From the NCBI RefSeq assembly GCF_028641065.1, contig NC_073413.1, forward strand, positions 5,518,001 to 5,582,000: a stretch of DNA of 64,000 nucleotides, in the 5' to 3' direction. The notes beneath the pieces are model-generated. The model ran no database searches, had not been told where the DNA came from, and worked only from the letters and a program-made list of their open reading frames with translations. A program made the position numbers and the translations under genes. Positions within the stretch are counted from its first letter, which is position 1. Each line of letters starts with the position of its first letter. The stretch comes from Leucoraja erinacea. Its lineage: Eukaryota. Positions 1 through 11,999 of the stretch are shown here, one piece after another.

Positions 1-39
1 ATAACATTGAACTCGAGTGGACGAGTAATTGATGGTCAG

Positions 40-960
40 CGTGGACTTGATGGGCTGAAGCGCCAGTTTGCACACTGTATCTCTAAACTGAACGCAATAT
101 TATGGACCAAGTCTTGGTTAAAGTCCACATTGCACTATGATTAAGAGTCTCAACCCGAAAAGTCACCAATTCCTTTTCTCCAGAGATATTGTCTGAGCCG
201 CAGTTATTCCAGCTTCTTGTGTCTCTCTTTGATATTTGATTAGCTCTCAAGCATGGCAGTTACCAATTAATCTAATCTATTTGTGATTTATGTTTATAGT
301 ATGAGTACAGGAGCTTATCAAAATGTCGTTTTCATACAAGCTAAAAAAACTAATCATTCCATTCGATCCAATCTCTTGTTTGCCTCAATGTGCTCTTTCG
401 TTGTTGTAATTAGAAAATTAAATAAACTTTTATGAAGTTCTTTAACAACAGTGTGTTTCCTGTGTCTTTGTATAGAGTGGTGACATATCTACACTGGCTG
501 TGTCCATCTGTGTCAGGCTGCTGCATTTGGTCAAAAGCATCTTCAAGTAACATTGGGCAGAATTTTTACTCTTCAGACATTTCTGGAAGACATGGATGGC
601 TGATCTCTGGGTCAGGCAGCATCTCTGCGAAATCGTTAACTGGAAAGGGTGCTGAGAAGATTTACAGGGACGTTACCAGGACTCGAGGTGCCTGAGCTAC
701 AGGAAGAGGTTGGACAGGCTAGGACTATATTACCTGGAACACAGTAGGATGAGGGGTGATCTTATAAGAGGTGTACAAAATCATGAGGAATAGATCTGGT
801 CGTAGAGGGTCTCTTGCCCAGAGTATGGGGGAATTGAGGACCGGGAGGCATCGGTTTATGGTGAAGGGGAAATTATTTAATAGGAATCTGAGGGGTAACG
901 TTTTCACACAAGGGGTGCTGGGTGTAGGGAACGAGCTGCCGGAGGAGGTAGTTGAAGGGG
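40..960. repeat. Low-copy block A (copy 1 of 4) followed by a CR1/HER1 fragment
   Basis: The same sequence (aagtccacattgcac...ctcaagcatggcagt...gcctcaatgtgctctttcgttg...cattgggcagaat) recurs at ~9165, ~13980 and ~19560. Confidence 0.85.
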
Positions 961-1149
961 CTCGACCATGTAACGTCACCCATTCCTTCTCTCCAGAGAT
1001 GCTGCCAGAGCCGCCGAGTTCCTCCAGCACGTTGTGTCTATCTACGGCGTCAACCACCTGCAGTTCCTTGCTCTCCAGCGTAAACAAGCCGGGTTCTCAC
1101 CGAGTAACACGCACACACACGCACACAAACACACTAAGTGAGACATAAC

Positions 1150-1290
1150 AGGGCAGCGGGGCGGAGAGACCGGCTGCCCCGCCTCTGTCTCTCAGTTCGC
1201 TGTTCATTTTCTCGCCTCGCAGCAGAGACGTGGACCTCCACACACACTCACCACCAAAGATCTTCTTTGCTCACCACCACCCCAGCTCAG
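1150..1290 (+). promoter_or_regulatory. Putative promoter and non-coding first exon of TRIM56-like copy 1
   Basis: GC boxes (ggggcgg ~1158, ccccgcc ~1177) and a strong donor CAG|GTGAGT at 1290/1291. A matching acceptor ttattgcag| at 4469 lies 14 nt before the TRIM ATG. The exon linkage is inferred. Confidence 0.5.
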
Positions 1291-1740
1291 GTGAGTGAGA
1301 TGCTGCAAAGGGCGGCTGTTGGGGGGGGAGTGAGGTTGAGATAGGATATAAAAGCGTGTTTTTTTTTAAATCTCCAGGCGTTGGGACATCCGCCTCACTG
1401 CTGTGGGCTAGGCAATCGGGCCCATCACACGGCGCTGTGATGTTGCCCCGTCTCGGGTTGGGGCGAGAGGGAAGAGGAGAGGACGGAAAGGGAAGGGCGG
1501 GTTGGAGATGGGAGGGGCGAGCAGGAAATGGTAGGGTAGGGGAGAAGAAGAGAGAGGAGGGGAGGGGATAAGAAGAGAGGAGAGAGCAGGGATGGGAGTA
1601 TGTTAACACACAAGGTTCATAGATGAAACGGGGTCTTTGCGTAACTTACATTGGGAACCAAGTGTCACCTCTCCTGGGCAATGACACTCATTCCCACCTG
1701 GTCCTCGGCTGTTCGCTGGTGGAAGCGTTTTAAACCACTG

Positions 1741-1796
1741 TATATTTAAAGGGGCTGTTCAACAACAATGTCGCCGTGTCATTACTTTCACTTTCC
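1741..1796 (-). promoter_or_regulatory. IRF-E/ISRE element plus TATA-like box
   Basis: actttcactttcc at 1784-1796 reads GGAAAGTGAAAGT on the minus strand, matching the IRF consensus GAAANNGAAA. tatatttaaa is at 1741-1750 and a minus-strand donor GTAAGT is at 1649-1644. Confidence 0.5.
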
Positions 1797-2876
1797 ATTC
1801 TGGAATCTCTCTCACTCTTTAAGTTTCATTTCTAGCTGGGATGAATCACAGCTCATGCAGTTTGGGTTGGAGATACAGCATAGAAATTGCCCCTTCGGCC
1901 CACCGAGTCCATGCTAACAATCGATCACTCATTCGCACACACCTCCAGATTCAGGGACAGTTTCATCCCAGCTGTTATCAAGCAACTGAATCACCTTACC
2001 ACAAATCGAGAGCAGTCCTGAACTACTATCTACCTCTTTAGTGACCCTCGAACTATCTTTGATCGGACTTTACTGGCTTTACCTTGCATTAAACGTTATT
2101 CACTTATCATGTATCGATTGCAATCATGTATCGTCTTTCCCTAACTGATAAGCACACAAAAGCCTTTACTGTACATGAACACTAAACTGACTGAACTGAA
2201 CAATAGTTCTATGTTATCCCAATTTCTCATCCACTCCCTACACACTGGGGGCAATTTTACAGAGGGCCAATTAACCCACAAACCCACATGTCTTTGGGAT
2301 GCTGGAGGAATCCGGAATACCTGGTGGAAACCCACGCGGTCACAGGGAGCACTTGCCAACTCCACACAGATAGCACTCATCGTCAGGATTGAACCTGGGT
2401 CTCTGCCGCTGTGAGGCAGAACAGCGCTGCGCCACCGTGCTGGCCTTTGTACATTATAATCTCTGAAGAAATTACTCTGAATACTAAAGAAAAATCTTTT
2501 CAAATATTTTAACAGTGGTGCACCCGGTTCTCCAGGTTCGATCCTGACTACGTGGTCCTAGGGAGAACATGTAACTCCACACAGAGATCGCCCGTGGTTG
2601 GGATGGAAGCCAGGGACTGGCACTGTGAGGCAGCTGCACCTCGGTGCTGCCTAGTTGTATGGAATGGATGGGCTCTGATCTAAACAATTACAGGTCAACC
2701 ACCGATTTCCCAGCACTCTTGGTTCCAGAGCCTTGCCGGATGATCCGTTTTGCCAGTCCAACAGAGGAGTCTAACGGTCTTGGAACATTCCGCCTAGGCC
2801 GCCGGGGGTCCGCAAAGTCTGCCTTGGAAGCCATCTATGGGAACGGGTCTGCCGGCTCTGACTGGGCTGGAGTAAG

Positions 2877-3980
2877 TGGCGGCACGGTGGCACAGCGGTA
2901 GAGTTGCTGCCTCACAGCCCCAGAGACCCGGGTTCCATCCTGACCACAGGTGCAGTCTGTACAGAGTTTGTACGTTCTCCCCGTGGGTTTCCTCCGGGTA
3001 GCAATGTTACAAAATTTTGAGATTTAAAAACTCAAGTCTGCAATTTATCCCATCAGATAAAGCATAACAATAAGTTTAATTTGACACCAAATTCACTTTC
3101 ATATCTCAAGTATTAAAAAAGTTATGGCCATTTTCATACTCGGAAATTAGCATCTTGTTCCCTATTGATTTTCAATGGACATTACAAAAAAGCTGTGATC
3201 TTGGATAGTCAACAGGCCATTTCTTAAGGAAAGATTAACATTTTTAAATAGCCTAAGTGTCCAAAGATTATTCACAATATAACATGATTTTTATATCTAA
3301 TTTACATTAATTTATAGGCCAAATGGAAGGAATTTAGTGTTCAATTGCTGTAAATAAATGCCCATTTAAATCTGCTTTCTAGTGGGTTCATGTGGAATGC
3401 GCCGGTTTAGAATGTTGACATAGCGCTAGATTAGTGCCCTCAAATGCCGAGAAAAATACTGAGGGATATAAAAAGCCCAAAATGAGCTATTCGCTATAGA
3501 TAACTTGATATTCAGGGTTATATATATGCCCCATTTAATGTAAAAATAAGGTACATACCTTTAATTGTTTGCTCTATAAAACCCTGGGGCTGCGAGATAT
3601 TGCGGAATGAAACAGTAAATTTAAATCTATTATAACTATATTATCGAGGCCTATAAAACTAATAATACCTTTTGCGACCGGGTCTTGCAGCGATTTTTCG
3701 TTAATGATTTACTAGGCTGAACATGTGCGATTAGTACAGCCTAGTAAAAATCGCGTTTTAAACCCGCCCCCTCCAAACAGCGCCAAAATCGCGGGCCTGC
3801 CTGAGGGCAGATTCCTAATGACGATTCAGGTAGGTTTTGTAACATACCTACTCCGGGTGCTCCGGTTTCCTCCCACACTCCAAAGACGTACATGTTTGTA
3901 GGTTAATTGGCTTGGATAGCTGGGAACGTCAGTCAGCACAGTTGACCGAAGGGCCGTGTTTCCACAATGTATCTCTATAT
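2877..3980 (+). mobile_element. HE1-type V-SINE interrupted by a DNA transposon
   Basis: tRNA-like head ggcggcacggtggcacagcggtagagttgctgcc, V-domain text gggttt..ctccgggtgctccggtttcctcccaca, and LINE-derived tail gaagggcc..tgtatctcta. Confidence 0.8.
2999..3850. mobile_element. Non-autonomous DNA transposon (TAG...CTA ends, hAT-like)
   Basis: Imperfect TIRs TAGCAATGTTACAAAA / TTTTGTAACATACCTA with duplicated target ctccggg(t). A near-identical copy is at 12311-13170. Confidence 0.8.
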
Positions 3981-4483
3981 GAGAAAAAACCTGGTCGCAG
4001 GAGGGCAAGTTTGATCGGCCGTGAGAGTCCCAATGAGGTCGATATCGGCCGCCTCACTCAGCAAGGGCGCTTAATTTTCGGGGGGGACTTCCAGGAGGAG
4101 GTTTCAAGTGCCCTCTGGTCATTTTGTCCGGATTAAAGGCGGTGCTGGATCACCAGTTGCCAGAAAATCGGTGGTGGAGTATTATTGGGGGGTTTTTCTG
4201 TGTATGTGTGTGTGCGTGTAAAAACAAGTAAGAAACTCACGATTCTATCTGGGACATATGACAATAAAACACTCTTGATTCTCAGACTTGTATTTTAAAA
4301 CCCAAACTTTCTGTGACCAATCTTCTCATGGTGTGGAAACAGTCCATTCGGCTCAACTTGCCCACACCAGCCAATATGTCCCAACAAAATTAGTCCCTCT
4401 AACTGTTTCTTAAAACATTGGGATAGTCCCAGCCTCAACTACCTCATTGTGTCCTCTGATTTATTGCAGGTTGTGTCCACATC

Positions 4484-6457
4484 ATGGCCATGTCGGGGGA
4501 TATTACGGATCAGATACAAAATGATCTATTAAACTGCAAGATCTGCCTCAGTAGGTTCATACAGCCCAAGATGCTGCCTTGTGCTCACACCTACTGCCAG
4601 GGGTGCCTGGAGAAGATGGTTAGGTCAGACCGGAAGGTGCAGTGCCCGGAGTGCAGGGAAGAGTTTGACTTGAGAGGTGGCGTCAGCAAACTCAAGACCA
4701 ACTTTCACATTAACAGTCTGATGGATATCATCAAGAGCAAGGAGAACGAGAAGGTGGTCTGCAGTTGGTGCGCGACAGCTGGTCTCAGCGAGATTGCCGC
4801 CGTGGCTCGGTGTAAAACCTGCCTCAAGTGCCTCTGCCCACCTTGCAAGCTCACCCATGGGACTGCCAACCCACGCCACGTGCTGGAGGATCTGCCCGGT
4901 TACATCGCCGGCCCTTGCGAGGCAGAGACAAAGATGCAGAAGATGATCTACTGCCAGGGCCACCCAGGAACCCTGGTGGACTATCTCTGCAACACTTGCA
5001 ACAGCGTGATCTGCAGCAGTTGTTCCTCGCATGCCCACGCCAGGCACTCGAAGGTGTCCCTGGCCAACGCAGGGGCCACAGCTAGACCCACGGTGATGAA
5101 TCTCATGGAGAGACTGAAGACTGACACGCAGTCGCTGGTCCAACAGGAAGACGACATCGTCCAGGCAATGGAGGGGATGAAGGCGACGGAAAGATCTCTG
5201 ATGTCTATGATAGAGTCCACCCTGGCCGAGGTCATAAACAACTTGATAAAACAGGGCGACACCATCAAGGACACGCTCTCCAGTTACGTCAGGGAGCAGG
5301 AAGAATTGTACAAGGTCGCGCGGGATGATATTCAGCTCAAGATCAAGAAGGCGAAGGACACCAGGGAATTTTCCCAGGGGGTCCTGGGTTCCAGTAAAAT
5401 GAGGGAAATAGTCTGCCTGCGGTCCGTCATGGAAGAACAGATCGATGGACTCCAAGCGCCGAGGGTCCCGGACGACAAGAAGACCCGCCCCAGCCTGACC
5501 GTCAACGAGTCGCTAAAGAGCATGCTGTCTCACTCCAACCTTTTCAGCCTCACCTTCGGTGAAGAATCGGCCGCCAAGGCACTGGCCGCTCCAGCGAAAA
5601 GCAAGCCGCGCAAGAGCCCGGAGAAAAGCCCACTGGCCTACACTCCTCCCCCCCAACCCAGAAGGATGGCGTGGAATCTACATTGCTTCGACACGGAGCT
5701 GGATGGTGACGAGTACGATCCGAAGCTGACGGGCGTCAGCGTCTCCGACGACGGCATCATCGTGGTGGCGGACGAAGACAATTCCCTTCTGAAATGCTTC
5801 ATCGACCGCGGGGACCATACCATAAGTATCTCACTGCCGGACGATGACGAACCATGCAGTGTTGCCATCTTTGATGACACCATCGCCTGCTCGTCTGGGA
5901 ACCAGCTGTACATGCTGGACATGGACGGGACCATGCAGAAGAAGCTCTTCCTCCGAGGCTCCGAGTCCGTCTACCCTCTCGCCGCCTACCAGGATGAATA
6001 TGTGGCTGTGAGTGAGGGGTCCATGTGCTCCCTCTCCCTGTACAACATCAACGGGCAGGTGGTCGACAGGGTGAAGCCGTGCGGCTACGAGGGGGGACGC
6101 TTCCTCTTCCTCGCCGTCAACAGCGACGAGCGGTTCATTGTGACCGATTGTGGCAAGAAATGCATCCTGATCTTTGACAGGGATGGCTACGTCTTAACCA
6201 CCTGCGACCAGGTCAGCATGAACAGGGTGGTTCAGGCGATCAATCCCTACAGCATCTGCACGGACAAAGACGACAATATTCTGGTCACCGAGCGAAACCG
6301 GATCCTCTTGTTTTGGCCCAGCGGGGACTTCAGGGAGGAGCTGCTGACTGTCGCCAACGGCCTTCACAAACCACGCGTCATCACCGTCGACAATTGCAAC
6401 AACCTGGTCGTCACCCAAGGCAACGGGTTCATCACCGTGTACCAGCTGGACCTCTAG
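4484..6457 (+). CDS. TRIM56-like E3 ubiquitin ligase, copy 1 (657 aa, single coding exon)
   Basis: C3HC4 RING (CKIC...PCAHTYCQGC...CPEC), B-box1 (CSWC...CKTCLKCLCPPCKLTH), B-box2 (CQGH...CNTCNSVICSSC...H), coiled coil and C-terminal NHL-like repeats (GIIVVADEDN, FIVTDCG, PYSICTDKDDNILVTE, KPRVITVDNCNNLVVT). The intronless CDS resembles TRIM56/TRIM32. Confidence 0.9.
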   Translation: MAMSGDITDQIQNDLLNCKICLSRFIQPKMLPCAHTYCQGCLEKMVRSDRKVQCPECREEFDLRGGVSKLKTNFHINSLMDIIKSKENEKVVCSWCATAGLSEIAAVARCKTCLKCLCPPCKLTHGTANPRHVLEDLPGYIAGPCEAETKMQKMIYCQGHPGTLVDYLCNTCNSVICSSCSSHAHARHSKVSLANAGATARPTVMNLMERLKTDTQSLVQQEDDIVQAMEGMKATERSLMSMIESTLAEVINNLIKQGDTIKDTLSSYVREQEELYKVARDDIQLKIKKAKDTREFSQGVLGSSKMREIVCLRSVMEEQIDGLQAPRVPDDKKTRPSLTVNESLKSMLSHSNLFSLTFGEESAAKALAAPAKSKPRKSPEKSPLAYTPPPQPRRMAWNLHCFDTELDGDEYDPKLTGVSVSDDGIIVVADEDNSLLKCFIDRGDHTISISLPDDDEPCSVAIFDDTIACSSGNQLYMLDMDGTMQKKLFLRGSESVYPLAAYQDEYVAVSEGSMCSLSLYNINGQVVDRVKPCGYEGGRFLFLAVNSDERFIVTDCGKKCILIFDRDGYVLTTCDQVSMNRVVQAINPYSICTDKDDNILVTERNRILLFWPSGDFREELLTVANGLHKPRVITVDNCNNLVVTQGNGFITVYQLDL

Positions 6458-7651
6458 TAGTGCATCGGTGACAGGAGCACAACTAGACCACTCAGCCCAT
6501 CAAGTCCACTCCGCCATTCAATCATGGCTGATCTCTCATTCCAATCTAACCCCCTTCTCCTAACCTCTCCCCATCACCCCTGACACCTGTACTAATCAGG
6601 AATCTATCTGTCTATGCCTTGAAAATACCCATTGACTTGGCCTCCACAGTCTTCTGTGGCGCAGCGGGTATGAAGTTTGCACGTGCTCCCTACGAACGTG
6701 AAGATTTCCTCCACATCCCGAAGATGTACAGGTTTGTAGGTTCATCGGCCCTCTGTAGATTGCCCCCCAGTGTATAGGGAGTGGATGAGAATTTGGGAAA
6801 AACATGGAACTAGGTAACATGGGATAACATGGAACTATTCAGAGGCTGTGGACTCTGGTCCTTGACTCACCCACTAGTGGAAACATCCTCTCCACATCCA
6901 CTCTTTCACTAGTTGGTAACTTTCAATGAGGTCCTGTTCCCCCCCCTCCTTATAAACTCGAGCAAGTACAGGCCCAGTGCCATCAGACACTCATCATACG
7001 TGAACCCATTCATTCCTGGGATCATTCTCATAATCCTCCTCTGGACCCTCTCCCGTCTTGGATGTGAGGCAAAGAACTGCTCTCAATACTCCAAATGCGG
7101 TCTGACCCACGCCTTCTAGAGCCTCCGCATTACCCTACTGAAATTTCACACGTGGCGCTGAGTATGTCAGTGACTGTGCTATGTTAGGGACCTGTCCTTG
7201 ACATCCAGGCTGTATTTTGAGTCGAGCTCAGAGCAGTCTATCTGTGCACAGGATATTTTTAAGGCAGATTTTAAGATCGACAGATTCTCGATTAGTATCG
7301 GTGTCGAGAAAGCAGGAGAAAGGGGATGAGAGGGAAAGATGTAACAGCCCTGATTTAATGGCGGAGTAGACTCGATGGGCAGAATAGCCAATGCAGTGAT
7401 AGACTTGCTTCCCTACAGCGTCAGAGACCCAGGTTTGATCCTGTCTATGGGCGTTGTCTACGGAGTTTGCAAGTTCTCCCTGTGATCACGTGGGTTTTCT
7501 CTGGTTTCCTCCAAAACTCTAAAGGTCCTAGTGTGTAGGATAATCCTAGTGTAGGATTGTAATCCTGGTGATCGCTGGTTGGCACGGAATTGGTGGGCCG
7601 AAGGGCCTGTTTCCGTGTTGCACACTATCTCTATACAAAATGCAATATTTT

Positions 7652-9162
7652 TAGCAATGTTATAAAATTTTGAGATTTAAAAAATTAAGTCTGCAATTTA
7701 TCCCATCAGATAAAGCATAAAAAGAAGTTTAATTTGACACCTAATTTACTTTCATATCTTCAGTATTAAAAATGTTATGGCCATTTTCATACTCAGAAAT
7801 TAGCAACTTGTTCCCTATTGCTTTTCCACTGACTTAACGCAAAAGCTGTGATCGAGGACAGTCAAAAGCCCATGACTTTCTTAAAAATTAAGAGAACTGA
7901 ATGAAATTTTCAGTTATTATAGATTGAAGCATTCTGAAACAAATATAAAACAGCTTACTTGGATGAACTGAAATTAAAGCATATAATTAGCTAATTACCT
8001 AATTGTAGCTAATTACAAAATTGACCGTTGTGACGGAAATAGTAATCAACACCCAGACTGCCTTGAAAATTCAAAAATGTGATATTCTCAAGATCAGAAC
8101 ATTAATATTATTGTATTATATGCTGTAAGTCCGTAACAGATAGGTAAATAAATTACAATTTCTAGCAATAGACCAAGTCTTTATGGAGACGATCAGTCGC
8201 TAGCTGGTACATTGGCATATCATAATCAATAGCATCATCATACTCCTCAGATTGTAACCAATAAGCAACATTTTGGCATTGTAACCTACAGGTTTTTGCT
8301 CTTCAAACCATACAGAACATCCCTTTCTGCCTACTACTTTCCCCATTTAGAATGTCCTGTAGATTCAATTTCTTAAGAAAAGGATATTTTGTTTTAAAAT
8401 AGCCTAAATATCCAAATAACAAATTAATCCCATTCACACAAGAATTTACAATATAACATGATTTTTAAATCTCACTGTCATTAATTTATATGCCAGATGG
8501 AAGAAATGTAATGTTTAAGTCCCATAAATTAATCTAGAAACATCCACTCAAAATAATCAAAATTATTAATTTTTGCGCAATAGATGTGGCTAAAACTATT
8601 GTGTATATTTAATATAAAAATATTGACTATGGATAGACAATAACACAAAATATAGACAATTTAGATGCTCTTATGACATGATTGTCCAAAAAAAAGCATT
8701 TCAATCATCATGCGAGTGGGTGTTTCTTGAACGCGATCGATTGGAACTTTGCGCTTGCGGTGAATTTGAACCCCATATCTGCAGGAAAGACATGGCCGGT
8801 TCCTATGGAGCCCAAATAACATTTTCGCAACGTAAAATTAGATTAAAGCCATCCCAAGATTATATGTAAAATTGACATCTTACCCTTTGATTTGTCCTGT
8901 CATTACGATCCGTCACGTTGTAGGCGTTCAAAGTCGCATTTTACTTTAATCCAATTATTAAATTGTCCAGCGATTCAAAAAAAAACAGCAGTGGAAGTCC
9001 AATCGATTTTTCTTCATCAGCTAGCTGCCCGAAGAAATCCCTCTCCGACAAACAGTACAAAACTGCATTTTAATTCCGCCTCCCCCCCCCCCCCCCTCTC
9101 AAAGGCGCTAAAGTCGGCCAGTGGCAGAACTGCAGCGCCGCTGAAGGTAGGTTTTGTAACAT
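7652..9162. mobile_element. Longer (~1.5 kb) member of the TAGCAATGTTACAAAA DNA transposon family
   Basis: Shares its first ~200 bp and the terminal gtaggttttgtaacat with the 2999 and 12311 copies. The interior is AT-rich with no transposase ORF seen. Confidence 0.75.
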
Positions 9163-9164
9163 CA

Positions 9165-9990
9165 CCAAATATTACTGAACAAGTCTTGGTTAAAGTCCAC
9201 ATTGCACTTTGATTAAGAGTATCGACCCAAAAAGTCACCAATTCCTTTACACCAGAGACCTTTGATTAGCTCTCCAAAGCATGACAGTCACCAATTAATC
9301 TAATCATATTTGTGATTTATGTTTATAGTGTGAGTACAAGAGCTTATCAAAATGTCATTTTCATACAAGCTAAAAAAAACCTAATCATTCCATTCTATCC
9401 AATCTCTCGTTTGCCTCAATGTGCTCTTTCGTTGCTGTAATTAGAAATTTAAATAAACTTTTATGAAATTGTTTAACATCCGTGAGTTTCTCCTGCGAGT
9501 TTGTATAGAGTGATGACATTCTACACTGGCTGTGTCCAGCTGCGTCAGGCTGCTACATTTGGTCAAAAGCAACTTCAAGTAACATTGGGCAGAATCTTTA
9601 CTCTTCAAACAACATTTCTGGAAGACATGGATGGCTGATCTATGGGTCAGGCAGCATCTCTGCGAAAACATTAAGCTGGAAAGGGTGCTGAGAAGATTTA
9701 CAAGGACGTTGCCAGGACTCGAGATGTCTGAGCTACAGGAAGAGGTTGGACAGGCTAGGACTTTATTCCCTGGAGCACAGGCGGATGAGGGGTGATCTTA
9801 TAAGAGGTGTACAAAATCATGCGAGGAACAGATCGGGTAGACGCACAGGGTCTCTTGCCCAGAGTATGGGGAAATTGAGACCAGGGGGCATAGGTTTAAG
9901 GTGAAGGGGAAATTATTTAATAGGAATCTGAGGGGTAACTCTTTCGCACAAAGGGTGGTGGGTGTATGGAACGAGGCGCCGGAGGAGGTA
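9165..9990. repeat. Low-copy block A (copy 2) plus CR1 fragment
   Basis: Direct similarity to 40-960 and 19560-20480. Confidence 0.85.
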
Positions 9991-10244
9991 GACTGAAAGT
10001 CACAGGAAAGGGAAACGTAAGATATAGACGATGATGTAGACAGATATAGAACAAATGAATGAAAGATATGCAAAGAAGTAACAATGATAAAGGAAACAGG
10101 TCATTGTTAGGTGAGAAGGCGAAACTGGCATGGCTTGGGTGGGGAGGGGGATAGAGAGAGAGAGGGGGAATGCCGGGGTTACTTGAATTCAAAGAAATCA
10201 ACCTTCATACCGCTGGGTTGAAAGCTGCCCAAGCGAAGTATGAG

Positions 10245-10722
10245 AGGGGGTGCAGCGTAGGTTCATGAGGTTAATTCCCGGGATGGCGGGACTGTCATAT
10301 GTTGATAGAATGAAGCGGCTGGGCTTGTACACTCTAAAAATTTAGGTTGAGAGGGGATCTTATTGAAACATATAAGATTATTAAGGGGTTGGACACACTA
10401 GACGCAAGAAACATGGTCCCGATGTTGGGGGAGTCCAGAACCAGGGGCCGCAGTTTAAGAATAAGGGGTAAGCCATTTAGAACGGAAATGAGGAAAAACG
10501 TTTTCACTCAGAGGGTCGTGAATCTGTGGAATTCTCTGCCTCGGAAGGCAGTGGAGGTCAATCCTCTGCTTTCAAAAGAGAATTGGATAGAGCCCTTAAA
10601 GATAGCGGAGTCAGGGGATATGGGGAGAAGGCAGGAACGGGGCACTGAGTGTGGGGATGATCAGCCATGATCACAGTAAATGGCTTGAAGGGCCGAATGG
10701 CCTACTCCTGCACCTATTGTCT
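10245..10722 (+). mobile_element. CR1/HER1 LINE 3' fragment
   Basis: The ORF reads RGDLIETYKIIKGLD...SRTRG.SLRIRGKPFRTEMRKNVFTQRVVNLWNSLP, the CR1 ORF2 C-terminus, followed by the typical tail. Confidence 0.85.
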
Positions 10723-10822
10723 AATCCTGCCGTCTCCATCTACATCTCCAGTGGGGACGAAACCGTCCATCTCAGCGTCACTCAACTCTCGGGTTTCTAG
10801 ACAGAAGTACGGTAGGAACAGC
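10723..10822 (-). pseudogene. Orphan, 3'-truncated copy of parvalbumin exon 4
   Basis: Reads LFLPYFCLETRELSDAEMDGFVPTGDVDGDGRI versus LFLRYFCPEARELSDTEMDSFVSAGDVDGDGRI at 23271-23162. The acceptor is retained, the donor is lost at a CR1 tail, and no other parvalbumin exons are nearby. Confidence 0.9.
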
Positions 10823-10937
10823 CTTTAAAGTAAAGAGGAGTCCATCACCAAGTTGTAGTGAATTGCTCTTTTGTTGTGTGCTATCCAGTCAGAGAAAAGA
10901 CTACATGATTACAATCAAGCTGTTCACAGTGTACAGT

Positions 10938-11491
10938 GTTTAAGAAGGAACTGCAGATGCTGGAAAATCGAAGGTATACAAAAAAGCTGGAGAAACTCAG
11001 TGGGTGCAGCAGCATCTATGGAGCGAAGGAAAAAGGCAACGTTTCGGGCCGAAACCCTTCTTCAGACCAAAGATCCTATAGCGGAGCTCTGCTATAGGAT
11101 CTTTGCTTCAGACTGATCGGAGGTGGGGGGGGCTAGGAGAAGAAAGGAAAAAGGAGGAGGAGCTTGAAGGCTGGGGGATGGGAGGAGAGCAGGAGGGCTG
11201 AGGAAGGGGAGGAGACAGCAAGGACTAACAATATTGGGAGAATTCAATGTTCAAGCCCCCAGGATGCAGACTCCCCAAGCGGAATATGAGGTGCTGTTCC
11301 TCCAATTTCCGGTGTTGCTCGCTCTGGCCATGGAGGAGACCCAGGACAGAGAGGTCGGAGACGGAGTGGGAGGGGGAGTTGAAGTGCTGAGCCACCGGGA
11401 GGTCAGGTTGGTTATTGCGGACCGAGCGGAGGTGTTCGGCTAAACGATCGCCAAGCCTCCGCTTGGTCTCACCGATGTAGATCTGCTTATC
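10938..11491 (-). mobile_element. Penelope-like element 3' fragment (GIY-YIG endonuclease plus tail with hammerhead core)
   Basis: IYIGETKRRLGDRLAEHLRSV...PVAQHFN...RKLEEQHLIFRLGSLHPGGLN. TSD gtgtacagt at 10929-10937 and 11492-11500. The empty site is visible in the paralogous segment at ~23405. Confidence 0.85.
11068..11105. mobile_element. 38-bp TIR-only hAT-like element
   Basis: caaagatcctatagcggag+ctctgctataggatctttg is a near-perfect palindrome flanked by the 8-bp TSD cttcagac. Confidence 0.75.
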
Positions 11492-11814
11492 GTGTACAGT
11501 TACTGTGCAGTGGCGGACTGGGTCTAAAAATATTGGTTGCCAGGAGACAAAGGGGGCCACTTGATATAGGGGTCCCACAGGGGCCTACTTGCCATGCTCC
11601 ATCTAACCGTCTCCATTTGAGGGTCACTTTTGGTGATTGCCAGATCGCCTTTTGTTTACCTCATATTAACCTGTCCACTTGACTGGCCTTACAACGGGTC
11701 CAGGGGTAAGTTTCCTTCTAATTTACCAACGACCCCACAGGTCGTCTATTCCCTTCATAAACTTTAATTTACATTTTGCCGTCGACTCGACGGCACAAAA
11801 GTTTGAACGCTCGC

Positions 11815-11996
11815 GGCAGCCGCGCCTGCGCAGTGCGCTCCCATTTGCCGGCCGCCGGCAGCCGCGCCTGCGCAGTGCGCTCCCACTTGCCGGCCGCCGT
11901 CAGCCGCGCCTGCGTAGTGCGCTCAGCGCGCTCCAACTTTGCCGGCCGCCGTCAGCCACGCCTGCGTAGTGCGCTCCCACTTGCCGGCCGCCGTCA
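11815..11996 (+). repeat. CpG-rich ~42-bp tandem repeat (about 4 units) carrying NRF1-type GCGCCTGCGCA motifs
   Basis: Unit cagccgcgcctgcgcagtgcgctcccacttgccggccgccgt. It appears as the RQPRLRSALPLAGR repeat in the ORF track. Confidence 0.85.
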
Positions 11997-11999
11997 CTC

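Noticed and set aside
1460-1600. Polypurine tract with triplex/G4 potential
   Set aside because: Low-complexity sequence with no independent support for function.
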